From: Orbicella franksi
Lineage: Eukaryota
Length of the DNA stretch: 64,000 nucleotides
Assembly (NCBI GenBank): GCA_964199315.1
Contig: OZ116709.1
Location: forward strand, 22,382,001 to 22,446,000
Direction: 5' to 3'
Below are positions 62,701 through 64,000 of the stretch, in pieces. Within the stretch, counting starts at the first letter, position 1, and every line of letters begins with the position of its first letter. The notes beneath the pieces were generated by a model. The model was not told the DNA's origin. It made no database searches and was given only the letters and a program-made list of their open reading frames with translations. A program made the position numbers and the translations under genes.

Positions 62701-63933
62701 AAATCTGTCGTTTGCGGTTTGCCGTAAACGCGAAAACCCTAGTGTTATTTCTCACAACTGGATTTTAGTCTCATTTTGTTCTTCTGTCAACAGAGAGGGA
62801 GGGATGGACATAAGTCTTTTTAAGCGTCTTTCTGAACGCCACCCTCACGCGGTGGTCAGCCTAGAGCACCAGTATCGAATGAATCAGGATATTATGGAGT
62901 TATCGAACACGCTCATCTACGAGCAAAGGCTGAAGTGCGGTACACAAGGCGTGGCAGGTGCAGTGTTAGAGCTGCCTGACTGGGACGAATTGGTCAGTTG
63001 TGTGAGGGAAAATACCGGCGGTGATGTTTCAGGTATGTGAAGTGGTTTTTAACCATGTTTTGGCTGTTCTTTGTATTCCTTCGGTCAACGATTTTAAGGT
63101 CAAACATTTTAAAGAATACAGCATAAGGATCGATTCACATCAATATAACTAATGAGCCGAATTTACATTTGCATTCTATTTGAAATAAATTTCCGTGTAT
63201 TCAACTCGCCATTCCAGTTAGCAAGGCTGACCCAACAAAAAGAAAACAAAAGTCTCATCCATTACCGGCAGTGCAACTTTCAAAATCTCTCGAAAACTTT
63301 TTCTTTCCAGATAACTGGCTTCTAGATGCAGTCGTTCCTAGTCGACCAGTGGTTTTCCTAGACACGGACGGCGTCCCAGCTCCGGAGATGCGGTCGGAAA
63401 ACTTAGTATCTAACGAGACGGAGGCTGTGTTAGTGCACCAGCTAGCTTGCGCACTTTTGAAAGGAGGTCTTCAGCCTTCGTCTCTAGGTATAATTTCTCC
63501 GTACAGGCATCAACTCAAGCTCATAACGCAAGTGTTTCACAGAGACACCAGTGGCAAGCAGAGTGAGATCGAAATTAACACGGTGGACAAATATCAGGGC
63601 CGAGACAAGGCGTGCATCATTGTATCATTAGTGCGAAGCAACGATCATTCCAACGTGGGTGATCTGCTGAGAGACTGGCGCCGAGTCAACGTGGCCGTGA
63701 CACGTGCCAAGCAGAAATTGATTTTGATTGGTTCGCTCGTAACGCTGAAAGGCAGCTTGCTGTTACAAGAGCTTTTTGACCTGTTGGAGAGAAGAGACTG
63801 GGTGCAAGTTCTTCCTTACGATGCGCATAAGCTGTACGATTTTGTAGCAAAACCGTCCCAGACCTCTCCGGTCAAGAGCTTGGAAGTTCAGAGAACTCGG
63901 TTCAAGGATCAAGGGAACTTGCCTGATATATGA
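38937..63933 (+). CDS. DNA2: DNA2 helicase/nuclease (exons 38937-38999, 39092-39139, 43669-44610, 45630-46162, 46759-47087, 48532-48756, 50014-50313, 50955-51092, 51973-52191, 52836-53294, 59410-59473, 59881-60132, 61047-61308, 61873-62001, 62094-62287, 62794-63032, 63311-63933; about 1670 aa)
   Basis: Fe-S cysteines (TKCLR; [10 protein letters not shown]), nuclease motifs IGTLLH and FGLKGKIDATV...[10 protein letters not shown]1 helicase motifs [40 protein letters not shown]. The two 5'-most exons and possible extra small exons at 39-43 kb are less certain. Confidence 0.95.
41959..42924. mobile_element. Kolobok-like non-autonomous element hosting the solo Ngaro remnant
   Basis: TTAA|AGTGCCTATGAA...TTCGTAGGCACC|TTAA. 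Confidence 0.6.
42148..42536 (-). mobile_element. Solo A-spacer-B remnant of the Ngaro element (389 bp)
   Basis: Matches 54221-54609 with one substitution that I could find; no ORFs; no target duplication. Confidence 0.92.
42966..43140 (-). mobile_element. tRNA-derived SINE
   Basis: Minus strand begins GCAGTGTAGCCAAGTGG (A-box-like)...GGATTCATGTCCC (B-box-like), followed by a non-tRNA body. Confidence 0.6.
44694..45089. mobile_element. hAT-like MITE
   Basis: CCCGGGG...CCCCACGGG termini with 8-bp target duplication TGGACACA/TAGACACA. Confidence 0.7.
47132..47556. mobile_element. MITE with roughly 35-bp imperfect TIRs
   Basis: GGCCCAGTTCAGACA..GCCATGCCAAAC versus GTTTGGCATGGC..TTTGAACTGCGCC. 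Confidence 0.6.
53655..53851. mobile_element. Palindromic MITE
   Basis: GGCCCTTTACACGATCCGGTCACA...TGTGACCGGATCGTGCAAAGGGCC, with long internal inverted arms. Confidence 0.7.
54610..55827 (-). CDS. Tyrosine recombinase of the Ngaro element
   Basis: [30 protein letters not shown] (R-H-R-W-Y catalytic set). 55827 is a TTG; the true start is unknown. Confidence 0.9.
   Translation of the reverse strand: MTDKCQFYLTNGLAPSTRQVYASAQRQFLDFCSQDTPFEPSQPLLPASEQTLMRFCTHLADRLHHSSIKVYLSAVRSLHIDYGFPDPIVNRLQLQRLLRGIKRHQGPNLPQRQPVTADLMSVLHKSLDFINPDSVMLWAACCLGFFGFLRAGEFTTNGTFDPSVHLTAADLQVDSSTNPQSFRVLIKCAKTDPFRQGCFIYLGRGSLPLCPVTALTNYLHLSGPGTGPLFIHQDGSPLSRSRLSSLLQTTLQAAGIPGKFSGHSFRIGAATTAAQRGVPDHLIKTMGRWSSDAYLLYVRTPVETILSVAERLAEQVWFLSLICQLLGAYGFGHFSRGSGLPIHEPLSSPSWLARCSEVLRLGVGAHGWLARICQPWEQSPSRSWLPIVEAPGYHRHPASILRCSC
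55824..57794 (-). CDS. Reverse transcriptase / RNase H of the Ngaro element
   Basis: [53 protein letters not shown]. Confidence 0.93.
   Translation of the reverse strand: MMAPVAGPLVNAGTSIAVRNVKVIIHVSTVHFGPQPLPTGAPSQLPHPKANVCGVEVGSKPYVNSVHSSCSVSFSNFLIPVPVNVVVPAPQDAFGNDMPSEVAHHALPSCSLSILGAPQQDLVPPSRVTPIDAEELRHELCSYPDQTQVEYVISGLTNGFQLDFDPRAVSLKSENKNMPSASLQPSVIDQYLLTELDKGRVAGPFAIAPILNLHVSRFGIIPKKYQPGKWRLILDLSSPLGHSVNDGIPKEPFSVQYMKVDDIIDGIMLHGRGTLLAKFDVESAYRNVPVHSDDRYLLGMKWRGKYFIDMALPFGLRSAPFIFSSIADMLEWILKHNYNVNFLLHYLDDFHTLGPPNSPVCQNNIDTCVKLFKKWGIPLHPNKLEGPSTCLTVLGIELDSLSLQARLPQDKFDRIAALLEAWSLKQHCTRKELESLIGNLQHSCKVVPQGRTFLRRMINLLSAFRRDSHPIRINQDFRLDLRWWREFFHSWAGLSFLLSPQWATLPEFYVSSDAAGARGYGAICDHEWFVGEWSAVQHPLAIAYKELFPVVIAASLWGHRWASKRVEFCSDNMAVVSVLHSGTTKDPNMMVLLRHLSLVAARHSFAFTASHTPGKDNSIADALSRFDFQRFHHLAPHAAPGATPIPLTLLAQLPVI
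57628..58827 (-). CDS. Gag-like ORF1 of the Ngaro element (about 399 aa from ATG 58827)
   Basis: Ser-rich N-terminus, WVEAF..YDVAFR core and C-terminal Cys/His cluster CRSWNDGTC...[19 protein letters not shown]; overlaps the RT ORF by 167 nt. Confidence 0.8.
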   Translation of the reverse strand: MAHRRATNNSVAAMLDSSQPSSSADSPSSVVRPPISSTPVSTPPSFVLSQQDLSQAFSQALGDTLPRILAALQSHSSSSSTAGNAASGTTSSGSVVINQPLPSSAGQSSGNLVVPPFISTYCTLGNSSLSSPSLFGSRGAANGLPSSNQSFTPLVSFGSNSSIASTSTSLNRPFVVGPGYSPIPEKLVTKIRSGQFVDLADLLAENLKAQETEPQTYLDGKLLVSSSKKRVQEITDIVTWVEAFTVYSWIFCCAHSSRWQDMTQYKLLILKTSRQFPGKAWLHYDVAFRKDAAAAGLVDWSHMNHDLYNFHTLSSPLPQSSQQPTTSSSASISIAGSSTFCRSWNDGTCRWTFGQCRYLHRCEKCEGDHPRVNCPFRASTSSYRRSQSTPPSQSKRLRR

Positions 63934-64000
63934 GTTGGTTATTTCTCGTGATTGTTGTCACAGATTTGTTTCCTCATTCGCTGGTCGAATATTCATGAGG

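Noticed and set aside
24254-63933. ESCO-DNA2 adjacency as a co-regulated replication cluster
   Set aside because: Both have E2F-like motifs, but adjacency in one genome is not evidence without synteny data.

Overview
Eukaryotic, intron-rich genomic DNA, most likely from a stony coral or other anthozoan (inferred from galaxin-type genes and the repeat landscape). Left arm (1-22 kb): two tandem, paralogous secreted galaxin-like genes, each with signal peptide, acidic propiece, AKR|S dibasic site and di-cysteine repeats. In the second gene the acidic propiece has expanded through eight symmetric phase-1 microexons. Between them lie a Penelope-like remnant with a minimal hammerhead-ribozyme motif and a frameshifted GPCR pseudogene fragment. 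Right arm: an ESCO1/2 cohesin acetyltransferase gene (10 exons); an unrecognised 4-exon minus-strand gene whose last exon, absent from the ORF track, ends in a CaaX box (CVIL); and DNA2 helicase/nuclease with a long N-terminal extension. DNA2 introns hold an apparently intact Ngaro-type tyrosine-recombinase retrotransposon (split direct repeats) and a near-identical 389-bp solo remnant of it. MITEs, SINEs and microsatellites are frequent. All exon models and residue counts were made by hand from splice consensus and reading frame; no database search was run.
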